Assembly: GCF_006345805.1 (NCBI RefSeq)
Contig: NC_043008.1
Location: 47,244,001 to 47,308,000, forward strand
DNA from: Octopus sinensis
Taxonomy: Eukaryota
Length of the DNA: 64,000 nt
Direction of reading: 5' to 3'
Shown here piece by piece: positions 51,429 through 64,000 of this stretch; the stretch's first letter is position 1; the number at the start of each line of letters is the position of its first letter. The notes under the pieces are model-generated. The model saw nothing but the letters and a program-made list of their open reading frames with translations, was not told the origin of the DNA and did no database searches. The translations under genes and the position numbers were made by a program.

Positions 51429-51491
51429 CATATACACTCAACAGATTAGACTGTTGGAAGAGAAAAGAATCCTAACATTATTATTATTATG

Positions 51492-51568
<77 letters not shown>

Positions 51569-51583
51569 TATTATTATTATTAT
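51288..51583. repeat. (ATT)/(AGT)/(ATC)n triplet arrays
   Basis: Visible directly; source of the poly-Ile, poly-Val and poly-Thr ORFs. Confidence 0.93.
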
Positions 51584-51599
51584 ACAAAAGGAATTTCAA

Positions 51600-52990
51600 G
51601 CCGATTTCATAAGCAACCGGATGTTTGAGGACAATAAATTCTCCTCAAATCTCCAGAATGAATTTAAGAGTCAAGGTTTCTTTCACATTATAGAATGTCA
51701 CCCGCCAGCAGGTGGACAATATGAGTCTCAATTACATTGAGTCCATTGTGTACTAGTCTGGTTGTTATACCAAAATGCAGCAACGGCTGCATGAACACCC
51801 CTTCCCCTTTACCTTCCAACATCCCTTCTCTCAGCTTAGTTCGTAATTGTTTCCAGCTTTCTTACTCTCCTTCGTATCCATTCTACTTTCATTCGGTTCT
51901 GTTTTCTACAGCCATACCTCATTAACAGGCTTCAATATTATGGTCAGTCGCAATGGAGAAATTATTGAAATCCTGTAATAACAAATCCGTGTGACTGTCT
52001 CACGTGTTTATTCTACATTTCCAGCAATCCGAAATCACAAAATTGACTCTCAACACAATGTGCTCTCTTACCAATAAAGTTATGCCCAACATTATACTGT
52101 TGCTTTTCTGCTAATATTGTGTACTCAGCTGAATTGCCACTGCTTACGTCACGTTTTCCACACGTTCAGTATTTACTCACTGATTCAATTTTTCACTATA
52201 GAATTCGTTCTAATGGCTTGTTCCTATGGGCAGCTATACTTCAGTTTCTCCTTTCAGGTTGCCATCAGTTATTCATAAGCAGCGTTCGACTTATTTAACT
52301 TCCTCGTTTTGTTGCATCAATGTCTCTTGTAATCCCATCCCTTTCCAGCTTTTTTTCATCTCGTTCCTGTTTCGGTTTATGATTTCTCTTATTTTTTTAC
52401 TATTTCCGATTCAGATAATCATTTTTCTAAACCACGTACAAAACAACGTTTGAAACGAAACCCGGTATCAAAGCACCGATATTATCTCCTGCATTTCTGC
52501 CTATTCAGTTGGTATATAGAGTATGTCGATATTACACTACAGGTGCTTTGCAGTATGGAATTTAAGCAACAATCTAGTTCTTCTAATTCCGGTAGATGTC
52601 GTTTTTTTTTTTCCACATTAGACAAGGCCTATGGATTCACCGCTTTAATAACATTCCCTTCATTTAGTTTTTGTTTCGAGCACATTCTTAATCCTGCTCC
52701 TATTTACTTTTATTTTACTACTCTGCAACATCCTTAGGTCTTTGTATACTTCCTTTTATCTATCGGTCACCATATGATATCATTTTGTAGTATATTTGCA
52801 TCATCAGATTTAACCTTTCAGCCTTTCTTCGTTATTAATGCTATACACTCCTTCAACCCAAACTGCATGCCGATATCCTTGCAAAATAATCTTATGGGTT
52901 GGACAAGAGTTTTTGGTGGACACTTTGAGGTCATCCGAATATAGCAGATGGATTTCTCCTGCTTTACGCAGGTCGTTGATTGTCTTAATA
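51600..52990 (-). mobile_element. Further decayed R4/Dong-type RT fragments
   Basis: IHLLYSDDLKV...DIGMQFGL at 52850-52960; GRG motif near 51805. Confidence 0.55.
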
Positions 52991-55900
52991 TGTTTGTCAG
53001 CTAATGAACGCAATGTCGAAAACGAATTGAGAGACCGAGTTTCTAATATGATTGTTATTGTCGTCGTTATCATCATCATCATCATCAACTTATTGCTGTC
53101 GTTGTTGGTGGTGGGTGCGATTTTGTTATTATTGATGACATGATATTTATTATAAATATTTTAATCATAATGTTCATTATCAACAACGTTATACTTCACC
53201 AAACCAACAATAGACCCAGGAAACTATATTTTTGCATTCCATCAATTCTTCCAAAAGTATTAAAAACAAGACAAATTTTTTCGCAATTATTTCTTCCAAT
53301 GTAGCCAGAATTTCCAGATATCTGATATTTTACGTGCTACAAGTGATATTTCTAATTAGCCATTATCATTAAGCCCAAGAGTATTAAATTTTATGATGTG
53401 ATAACTTAGCGATTAAAAAATAAAAACCATTAACGCATTCTGTCATATTATTTTGTAAATCAATGTTAAATGTCAACCGATCACTTTATCTGTAATAAAA
53501 AGCTGTCACTTGAGATTCAATAACAGCTACTGCCACACCGTTAGTTATATATGATTAATATTTCATAGATATCAATCCATACTTAGCAGGCCTGTTGATG
53601 TAGTCGTGATAACCGTTCAGTTTCGCAACGTAACACAGACATTTTGAAGCTAATAGATTTATAGTGTATTTGTGGATATAGTGAGATACAGATTCAAATA
53701 TAATTAGATAAATGAGTAAGTATGTAAAAGGAGATTGACATTTCACAAGTAAATTTCTCTCTCTTCATTTACTGACGCAGTAAGTTTAATAAATGAGGAG
53801 ATACAAGTAAAATACGAACCGGAAACAGGAATTCTACAGAAATACTGGAGAACAATTTCTGAGGAAAGTTGTGGGTGAATCATTGTCAGTTTAAAAGCAT
53901 TAAAGCTACTAAAAATTTACTTTCTTTTAAATATGTTTTCGAGTTTTACAATGTTTGTTCAAAACACTTACGCAAACACGTACGCACACACATACTCAAA
54001 CACACACACATATGTGTGTGAATATGTGTGTGCGTGTGTTCTAGATCTCTAATTACAATCCTCGTGCATACAGTCCGTCTCTCTATTACTGTAGTCTATT
54101 TCATGACTTAGCGTCCCATATTCTTTAGGGGAGAATTCGTGATCATATATTGTCGTGGAACATCAATACTCAGGCATCATTTCTCGCACCAAAAGTTAAA
54201 GGCTGGGGATCTGTTATTTATAACTGAAGAACTATATAAAGATAGCTTTCTTTTATCTTGACAGTGAGAATCTTCTGGCGCTGCTAACCATTGAATAAAT
54301 TATATTAAAAAAACCTACGATAGAAAATGACCACGAGCTGCTAAAACACGTGTGTCACGGTTAAGTAGGAAAGTAATTAATAACAAAGGTAATTTGTGAA
54401 TTACACTGCATAAATTATGAATAACTAGTAGCAAGGAAAAGTGAAATATGTTGCAGTACCAATATTGCATGTAACAAAAGAGTAATTCTCGAAGAAATAT
54501 TACTAAAAATCATTGAAATATTTTCTGTTTCAGAGCAACGCATAAATAACCCGAACCAACTGAAACCAAGATTGAAATTGAAGTTCTGCCGAGCTGGAAG
54601 GCATAAAACATCAATATATTACCGGCTGCACGTGGTGTTAATATGCTGTGAATTTAGCAGAGATTATGAGAATATTAGCAGGATTATAATCCTTGCTAAT
54701 CATTCGAACGAATGAGCAAAGGATTTTTATGAGGATAACGAGGTAAAATATCAACAATTAAATTTAAGTCTTTTTTTTACCTCTTCTGTACAGTTAAACC
54801 AAATTTCTCTCTTAAATGATTTTTGATTTAAGCCACATTACTGTTTGTATGTTTTGGTTTAGCATTTAACAAACAAAACTTGCTGACATGATGTTTAAAC
54901 GGAAACTATATATAATGTTTGGAATTCATACAACACAAAGTGCATTGACCAGCTGGATAAACTGACGGATTTTCTCTCTCAATTCAGTTGCCATTATTTG
55001 ACTTCTGACGCAAATTATATAATGCAAGGTCAAATTTATAAACACGATAAACAAATGTAATACGGTAAAGAAATATTGCTATTAAATTATAATGATAAGG
55101 TATTTAGAAATAGATTTCCTAAAAGAAATGCAACCAATATGCAAGAATCATTGGATATAAATCATTGACTCAACTAATATAAGACTAGCAAAACGCTGGA
55201 ATTCGGAATAGACTATAATTCAAAATTTAAAGAATGCTAATTGAATTCTCCGAAACTTAACGTTTATTCACCCGTTCTAACAATTCTGCATGTGCAAACG
55301 TTGTTCTACACATACACAAACGCACACATACACGCAAAAACACACACACAGATACATACACGCACAAACATAGACACACATACACACACAGAGACACACT
55401 TACACATGGTGCGTGTTTGTGTGAATATATGAGTGCTGTTGTTAATCTGCCGAAGAAGAGTTTTTCATGTGTCACTGTTCAGGTAACGAATATATTGGAT
55501 ACAGAATCGTGTTATCATGGTTTATAAGGCACTGATATTAAACGAATGGCAACTCTTGATTGTTTTCAGACGCAAACACAACCACATTTGTGTATCACTG
55601 TAAAAAAGAAACAAAAAACATATTCACCCCCGTTTAGATCAACATGCACAAACACTCGTTCTTACAAAAATTCTATTTTATACATTCTGAAATTGAATAA
55701 GTGTCAGCTTCTGTATAAATTAGCGGCATTGTACATCGAACTGATTGTACTTATTTGTGTAATGGGTGGGTATACACACACACACATACAGATAGCTTCA
55801 TGCATATAGCTGTAGCCATGTATATACACACATATATGTGTGAGTAAATGAATATACACATTCATGGATTTTTGAATGGAAAACATAGCATATATATATA

Positions 55901-56261
55901 TACGTGCATAAAAATAAACACACTGGCATACAGCAGGCACACACACGTACACTCGTAGGTGAAGAGAGTGAAGTGGTGCGGTGGCTATGCTTGCCTCCCA
56001 GTAGAAAAGATTGACTCAGCTTCGTCTCAGACCAATAACAAAGCAACGGGAAGAATAAGAAAGAATCTATGTGGATGTCTGTGTACATATTTGTACGAAC
56101 TACTGCTCTCCGTGATTATCTGGTGGAAAGCAAGAAATAGATTAATGATTTATGACTGCTATGTTCAGTAATCCATTTGCAGAATAGAAATTGTCCCTGA
56201 TTTACGAACACAAATCATTTTGCATCCGTTTATGTAAAAGCCGATTATGGTTGTGGTAGAC

Positions 56262-56263
<2 letters not shown>

Positions 56264-56301
<38 letters not shown>

Positions 56302-56372
56302 AATGTATATATATGTATGTATGTACATATATATATGTGCATATATATTTATATATATATATGTATATATGC

Positions 56373-56403
<31 letters not shown>

Positions 56404-56491
56404 AATGTATATATATATGTATGTACATATATATGTATATATATATGTGCATATATATACATATATATGTATATATGCATATATGTATATG

Positions 56492-56578
<87 letters not shown>
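56264..56578. repeat. (TA)n degenerate microsatellite
   Basis: Visible directly. Confidence 0.95.
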
Positions 56579-56679
56579 CCAGAGCCAGTACATAAATGCG
56601 AAACAAGGTGGGAAAATAGTACTCGAATACCAGAGGTAGAGTAATATGCTTTTCTTAAAAATCAGCTAAAATTCTAACC

Positions 56680-56725
56680 AAAACTATCCAACGAACGGGA
56701 ACGTGAAACTCAGAGTAACAGTTTT
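56680..56725 (+). ncRNA. Type-I hammerhead fold on a long hairpin, core mutated
   Basis: aaaactat|CCAACGA|acg-ggaa-cgt|GAAA|ctc-a-gagT|A|acagtttt; all three stems present. Confidence 0.68.
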
Positions 56726-57526
56726 TGTGATATTTTTGCTACTTCTTAATAAAGTATGTGTATGTATATATATATATATATATATATATAGGAAAACTTG
56801 TGTGTGTGTGTGCGTATATTTGTGGGGGTGCTTGTGTGTGTGTGTGTGTGGTGTGTATGTGTGTGTGTGTGGCATTTGTTGCTTTGGGGATAAGGAGACA
56901 CTCGGTAACAGAATTCCATGAATGCTCAATAATTGATCCAAGAAAAACATTTCAATAAGGGCTACGAAAATGAAAAAAAAGCGAATTCTATCTTAGTATT
57001 TGTATATCTATGGCAACAGGAAAAATGATGTCAATAAAAGAAATATATTCCCCCGATTACGTCACAGAGTTGTTCAAATGTTGCCCTAATGAGTTATTCT
57101 AAAAGCACTTTATCATATAAACAACATAAAGCATAAAGCAGTTAATCGTAAACTTAGCAAATATTGAGTTTGCAAATGAAATTATTTCCTCTTTCTGACA
57201 CATTTTTGTAAAACAATAAAAGACTGTTCGTGGATTTGTCTTATGCCAATGCTCTCAACATGATAGATTTGCGCAATATCGACCGAGAATATTTTTTAAA
57301 GATGCATAAAAAAGCACTGGCGTTGCCCATTAATATAACGCTTTAAAAGAGACTTTTGTGGGGCGTTTGCTATTCCAAGTTTTTCTTTTTCTTGCGGACA
57401 TTGCAATTATATGCTAATGCCTCACTTCTCGTAATGTTCCGGAATATTCATCTGTCAGTTATATACATAAAACTTATTTATACACGTAGATTTCTTAATC
57501 TTTTGTGATTATATATATGAACCTAA

Positions 57527-57550
57527 GTATATATATATATATATATATAT

Positions 57551-57623
<73 letters not shown>

Positions 57624-57800
57624 CGGAGGGATAGATGAATATATAGATAGATACATACATACATGTATGCATGCATGCATACATACATACATGCATGCAT
57701 GCATACATACATACATACATACTACATACATACATACATACATACATTCATGCAAGCATACATACATACATACATACATACATACATACATACATACACG
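57527..57800. repeat. (TA)/(TAGA)/(ATAC)n compound microsatellite
   Basis: Visible directly. Confidence 0.95.
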
Positions 57801-57981
57801 CATACAAAAGAGTGTGATACTGAACACACACGGTACTGCATCCTTGTATTATTCAGTAATCGTTTGACCTCCTCGCAGGCAGCTTAAACTTTCGTCTGCT
57901 AGTAGAATGAGCGTAGCTCCTCTGGCATTTGGAAATCAAGTAACAAGAAATGAGACAAATTGAATTTGGCTTCTGTCTGTC

Positions 57982-58884
57982 AGGCCTCTATTGGTCAGCT
58001 CAGATCAAGCGGTGTTATTGGTTTTCGAAGCAACATCAGATCTTCGTTCTGAGGTCCACGTGAGGCTGCGGTGTATTTTTATTTGGTGACATGGCTTGTT
58101 GGATTTGCTTGCTACTTGGTGGGGTTAGTGGACGACTAACAATGTAACTAGCGGTGACATACTTTCCGTGGCAGTAACAGATTTGCTGGTGCTGGATTAG
58201 AATTTGGTAATGCTAAGATTGGATTGTCAACATGGAAGGTGAAGTAGTCTACACGTCCGGCAGGGTTTAAGTGATTAGAACACAAATACCTAAGATGGTG
58301 TATCTACATGGTTGGTTACCAGAGATTTGGAGTTTATTAACTGGTCATAACTCTCGTGGCAACAGTAAGATAGTTTATTCTGCTTGTTGATGGGTCCTGT
58401 TGATTGGTGGGTTATGTGCAATATGTAGTCGAGGCAGATTTGGCAATTGCGACCTCCAGTTAATTAGGGAAGGGCTCTGCCAATGACACTCCATTCCGTG
58501 CCGGGGAATTTGTTCCAGTGGTCACGGTGTCTCAAGATAAAATGCACAGAGAGGTGGAGTTTTCCCTATCCATGAGTTCTCCCTATCACTTAATATGCTG
58601 TGTGTACATTCCTTTGATGCCATTGACTGATATGCTCGTGTAAGAGTGGATCTATAGGCCGCAACTGTTGATAGGCAGGATCCCTCTCACTCAGCCGGTG
58701 ATACAAGTTCAGGAATTGCATGATGGGGTATGTATTTCAGGGCGTGAGTGGGTGTTAGCGACAATACCACAACATCCAGACATGGCCGTGACAGCTACCT
58801 ACCAAAATACTTTCCGACTACGTGGATCTAATATTGCTTCCAAACTAAGAACGCCACTCGGTCTGCGCTGACCAATAGAGGCCT
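57982..58884. mobile_element. ~900-bp segment bounded by ~65-bp imperfect inverted repeats
   Basis: aggcctctattggtcagc.caga..ag.gg.gtt...gaagcaa.at.agatc at 57982-58046 and its reverse complement at 58821-58884. Confidence 0.65.
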
Positions 58885-59089
58885 AAGATAAGTTGCATGA
58901 TGGAACCTCTAAAACTGCATGAAAATTATCATCAATAGTCAAAGAACCGCAGAAGAAAGTAGGCCACTGACAAAATAAAAGTCAATCCCAAAGTTCTCAT
59001 TGCATTCGCCAAAAAGCATAAGGCTGCTGTATCCTCTGTCAAACCTCTGATGATGAAGATGCCATTGGACATAGTGGTGCAGAAGACAT

Positions 59090-59840
59090 GGTTGAGATTC
59101 TACAGAAGCAATACTGATCCTCAATCAGCAATTCCAACATGGTTAATCCTGACAGCATCGGTGACTGTACACTTTATTCGATATATCACTTGACACCTCG
59201 CATATCATAGCTGCTATTAACAAAATCACAAACAATTCAGCTGCAGGCCCCGACCGGTTCCCTACTAGAGACCTGAAGAGTTTGCCGTCATCAATGGACA
59301 TTCTTTTCTTTTAGTGAAACCACTGGACGCTGGCCATATTCCTGAAAATTTCGTATCACGGTTGATTGTCCCAGTTTTCAAAAAGGGTAGCTAATCAATG
59401 TCTGTGAATTACCAACCTATTTCATTTATCGTCAACTTATTTGAGCGAGTGGTGAGATCTCGAGTAGCTCATTTCCGGGGAAGAAACCAGCTAATTATTT
59501 CCAACATGCATGGTTTCTGAAGTGGCAGGGCGTACTTATCACAGCTCCTGTATCATTTCGATGGCATCTTAAAGGATCTGGGTTAAAGCTTCAACGCAAT
59601 GTCATCTAATTCGACTTCAGCAATACCTTTGACAAGGTTGAACATAACATCTTGTTAAAAAGCTATCGAACCTTCGAGTCTGAAGGAAGCATTTTAAGTG
59701 GATTGACTGTTTTCTGTTGAACAGACGCCAGAATGTTATGATAGATGGAGTTCGATCATGCTCAGCAAGTGTCATCAGTGGAGTCGTCCCTCAAAGGCAA
59801 CGTTTCGGGCCCACACCTTTTCAATGTATACAATGACATC
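59090..59840 (+). mobile_element. CR1-group LINE RT fragment (same family as 22160-24380)
   Basis: EILQKQY, SAAGPDRFP, IVPVFKKG, NYQPIS, HGF, DFSNTFDKVEH, WIDCFLLNRRQNVMIDG, SG.PQ..GP. Confidence 0.88.
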
Positions 59841-60136
59841 GTTTTATATCAATGACAGCGCGTGTGTATAATGTATGTAATCACGTTATATTTGCTAAAA
59901 CGTTTGAAGAAAAATAGATAAGAAATTTATATGTTGTACCAGGTGTACATGTCAATATCATAGTACAGAGCAGGTGAATGGTAAAGAAATTAACATAATA
60001 TGTGCAATATCAGGTTAGTATTGAGAGAGCAAATTAGAAAAAAATATCGATTTCAAGATTTTTCCAAGAATGACATTTCATAGAAACTTTTTGATTCCTG
60101 TAATTGAAAATATAAATGTTAATATCTTCTCGAAGT

Positions 60137-60339
60137 AAGGCGAGGAACTAACAGAACACGGAAAGTGCTTAGCAGCATTTCGTCCGATTTTACGATTTGT
60201 GTTCAAATTTCACCGAAGTCGACTTTCATCCCTTCGGGGCCGAAAAAATAAGTAGCAGCTGAGCACTGGGATCAGCTTAATCGACTTACGTCCTATCTAA
60301 AAAAATTGCTGGCCCTGTGCCAAAATTAGGAACCAATAT
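60137..60339 (+). mobile_element. SINE family A, diverged
   Basis: tgcttagcagcatttcgtcc...gttcaaatttcaccgaagtcgact...aaattgctggccctgtgccaaaatt. Confidence 0.78.
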
Positions 60340-60439
60340 ATTTTATCGAAGTACTTCATCATATATACTGTCTATCATTTTCACGTCTTTAAATCTAAAC
60401 AGACCTACGAAACACTAATATAATTATACATATTTCTTG

Positions 60440-61000
60440 TCTGTCTGTCCGTGTACTTTTTGTCGGGAGCAGATGAGCATTAGAGTTCTCCCTTCCAATG
60501 CCATGTTGTCTCCCTTCCACGTAGAATCACCCCCTGCCAACACAGCATTAATGTCCCCCGGGAGAACAAGCTTGTCCATGTATGGCACTCAAATGAATAT
60601 ACGTCGTCACAAAACGCTTCCTTGGTTTCTTTAGTTTGGCTGATCGTTGGGACGTAACAACAAATGGTTATCTTACAATTCCAAGTGTAAGATCATGAGA
60701 CACTGATTTCTCTCGACAGTGAGTAGCGTCTGAGATCGTGTAGCAAAGCCTGTATTTGCTCGTCTGGGATCCTTTTGGGATTTATTTATCCAGAAGAATG
60801 TTTGACCTGCGCCGACCTCCTGTAGCGGACCCGTCTCTCAATGCAATTGTTGTATCTGCTCAGTGTTCTGCTCATGAGAGCAGTTCTACGCTCTAGTCTC
60901 CGGTTGCTGTCTTGCAATGTCATGGAATTCCATTAGCAGAAGATTCATTTCCCAGTTTTGGGGGTTGTGTATAGATTTAGTTTATGATTACAGCATGGAG
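60440..61000 (-). mobile_element. RTE (BovB-like) LINE 5'/APE fragment
   Basis: Minus translation TICCYVPT...ETKEAFCDDV...HGIGRENSNAHLL resembles RTE TIISAYAPT..KE.FY.DL..HG.GK.NSNG.LL. Confidence 0.65.
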
Positions 61001-61820
61001 GATATAAGTTAAAAGTTTAGAAACATAAAGTTTTCGTCGCCGTTTCAGTCAACGAAACTTTTGATACCATTTTTACGAATGAAGGTTTAAGTGAAGGTAA
61101 TGGCCATTGTTTGCCTCTGAATGACTAACTTATGCCTGCCATGCTGCAAGTGTTTTAGTTTCAGCACGTGATCCCGCATCAAAACATTTGCTTTCTTGTT
61201 TCTTTTCCAGTAACTTTTGGTAAACGGCCAGGAGCGGTGATATGGCAAGTTCCAATGTGTCGGCTTTATTTTAGGGTTCTTTTTCAGTCCCATCTCCCTG
61301 CGGAGAGCAGTGCAGAACCTTAAGAGATCTGCTCTCTCACCTTAGAGGATACAAAATCCAAATGTTCCCCATGTCTTTAATGTTATTAAGGTTATTATTC
61401 TATCAAAATTCTACTTTCGTGATCACATAAAGAGCACAAAAGTCATTCTCTTTTACTGAGAGATGGTGGTGCAGAGATGGAAATGTATCATTGTTCAGTC
61501 AACTATTTATTGCTAGGACTTGTATACTTGATAGTTTTATTAAAGTGGTTTGCAAAACATGAAGGAATAAGAAATCTTTTCTTTTTCAAGCTGAAAGTTT
61601 TGAAATTAACGTCATGTTTCTCGTAATATGATATCATTTTATCTAACACCGAACAACCTTCTGAGAAGATAGAGGTGAACATAAAGACTTTCCGGAAGCC
61701 TTTACACGTTTCTATTTTACTGTTTTTTTCCTTACAACATTCTGATTAAAATTTCTTCCGTATAAAAGCTAAATGGTGTTTTTAAATCAGATTATTGATA
61801 CACGCACAGACACACACACA

Positions 61821-61875
<55 letters not shown>

Positions 61876-62156
61876 TATGTGTGTATGTGTGTGTATCAAA
61901 TTGTTCAATGGAAAACTCTCACATATGTATAAACTATACATGTGTACATATATTTCCTCAAAGAGAGAAAGAGTGAGATAGAGAGAGAGGGAGAGAGAGC
62001 GATTGAAACAGAGAAAATTAAATAGAGAGCCTAATTGTGACGTGTAAGTCTATCACATGTTGATACAGGTGTATGTGAGAAACACGTAGATACTAATTAC
62101 AGACCCCAATCAGCAAATGAATAACATTGAACAATATCAAAGTAAATGAGTGTCTA

Positions 62157-62372
62157 TTTTCTTTTCTACTCTAGGCACAGGCCCGAAATTTTGGAGGAGG
62201 TGGGAGTCGATTACATCGACTCGAGTACGCAACTGGCACTTAATTTTTTGACTCTGAAAGGATGAAAAGGAAAGTCGACCTCGGCGGAATTTGAACTTAG
62301 AACGTAATGACAGACGGAATATCACCAAGCATTTCGCCCGGCATGCTAACAATTCTGCCAGCTCCCCGCCTT
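62157..62372 (-). mobile_element. Full-length SINE family A with 16-bp TSD
   Basis: Reverse complement head ggcggggagctggcagaattgttagcatgccgggcgaaatgc; TSD agtaaatgagtgtcta (62141-62156) / agtaaatgaacgtcta (62373-62388). Confidence 0.9.
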
Positions 62373-62668
62373 AGTAAATGAACGTCTATGCGAGACATCT
62401 TGTTGCTCCAAATTCCATTTGTAGTTTATAGAGAGCTTTTAACTGAAATTCGTTTCCAGATGCATTATGTTCTAATTGATACCTTTAGTCCACTATGTTA
62501 GGTCACCGACCCTGGGTTTGGCTGGAAGTCGAAATAAGCATCTTTTATTTATTCTGTGAGTTTAACATTTAGCTTTTCTTCCTAATGCAATATGGCTCAC
62601 AAATTAAAAGATTCACTTCAGTTGTTGTTTGTATATAGAAGACCTGAACGTCGAAGAACATATATATA

Positions 62669-62699
<31 letters not shown>

Positions 62700-62729
62700 C
62701 AAACATACATACATACATACATACATACA

Positions 62730-62765
<36 letters not shown>

Positions 62766-64000
62766 TATTCTAGTGTAGAACATTACATAGCGGTACGTGT
62801 GTGCAGGTATGTAATAATGTATCTGGTATTTCAAAGATGTTTATCCCGTTAGTGGTCTAAGAGGTCTGTCGATATAGTCTTACCCAATGCGTTTGGCTCA
62901 TTTGCCTAAATAATTTACAATTTACACCAGAGCTCTCTGATCTGAAGTTTATCAGAAACACACTGTACAACTACTGCAAACAGTTGAGAAACAGATTCCC
63001 AACGTCAATAACAAGAAATTGGACGTTCTATTTTAGTACTCTTTTTGTGAGGACATGGAGTTGATGTGTATCCCTCAGGATATGTAGCAGAACATGAATT
63101 GAAAATTCTGGTGTGACAAACTGGATGACAGTATCTGTAGTGTAACGACGTAGGAGTGTGTGTGTGTGTGTGTCTTTATCAGAATGATAATTGAGGAAAA
63201 ACTACCGAGGTAGGTATGGCACACGTAATTTTAGCCAACGCCAAATGTATTGAAGCATATATTAAATTCATTTTATGCAATAATGTAATAGAAACGATTA
63301 GTTTCCCGAGTGTACTTTTATCAAGACAAGTGCTAAAACATGTCTTAAACCATTTAGACGAAGCAAAAGCCATCACCAAAAGTTAAGATTTCACTGAGAA
63401 AAATATGTCTTTTAAAAAAAAAGAGTAAGTGCTTTTAGTATCAGACTACGAATATTATTTCTTTCCTTTATCGACATAGGTGTATAGTTACATGCATGAA
63501 AATCATTCGTATTCAAGGAAACATGTATTCTATAGGTATTGTCAGGACCTATATATTTAATAGTCGTGAAAGTGGTGATTAAAACTTGAAAGAATTAGAG
63601 TAGAGTAAGTGTTGATGCTAATGTGATGTTTCGAGTAATCTGATATCTAGTTTATTGATCAACCTTTGAGGTAAGTTAATATAAGTTGAACATAAAGATT
63701 TTCATGCATTTACCTCTTGAGGCCTTTACAACTTTCTTGATGGATTGCTTTGCTTTTGTTACGTAATTCTCATTAAAATGAATTCCGCATAATAGCTAAA
63801 TAATGTTTCTAGACTGCATTAAAGATTTGTGTTCCTTTTTTTAAAGATATAAATATTATGTATATGTGTACGTATGTATCTGTGGGCGCGTAACGTGTGC
63901 ATAGAGATATGAATATTCACACAAACTCACATATACATACATATGTGTGTGTGCGTGTGAATATAAATATATATATGTTCGTGTATATATATATATATAT

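Noticed and set aside
54534-54600. Splice-acceptor-like ttttctgtttcag followed by a candidate exon
   Set aside because: No canonical donor or recognisable peptide

Overview
AT-rich eukaryotic DNA, intergenic or intronic, most likely from an octopus or related cephalopod. That assignment is inferred from the extreme microsatellite density and the tRNA-derived SINE families. I find no credible host protein-coding gene: nearly all listed ORFs are microsatellite read-through or decayed transposon fragments. The window contains (i) three tRNA-derived SINE families, (ii) decayed LINEs (CR1-group, R4/Dong-type with RLE, RTE-type), (iii) Penelope-like (PLE) fragments, including a GIY-YIG/RT remnant between inverted terminal repeats, (iv) Tc1/mariner fragments, (v) a non-autonomous Helitron, (vi) a probable solo LTR and (vii) foldback elements. 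The most notable signal is a set of seven minimal type-I hammerhead-ribozyme folds in several unrelated short repeat families. All but the degenerate copy at ~15.6 kb have a palindromic or near-palindromic stem III, and several have non-canonical cores. This points to a PLE- or retrozyme-like self-cleaving RNA system. All calls were made by eye, with no database search.
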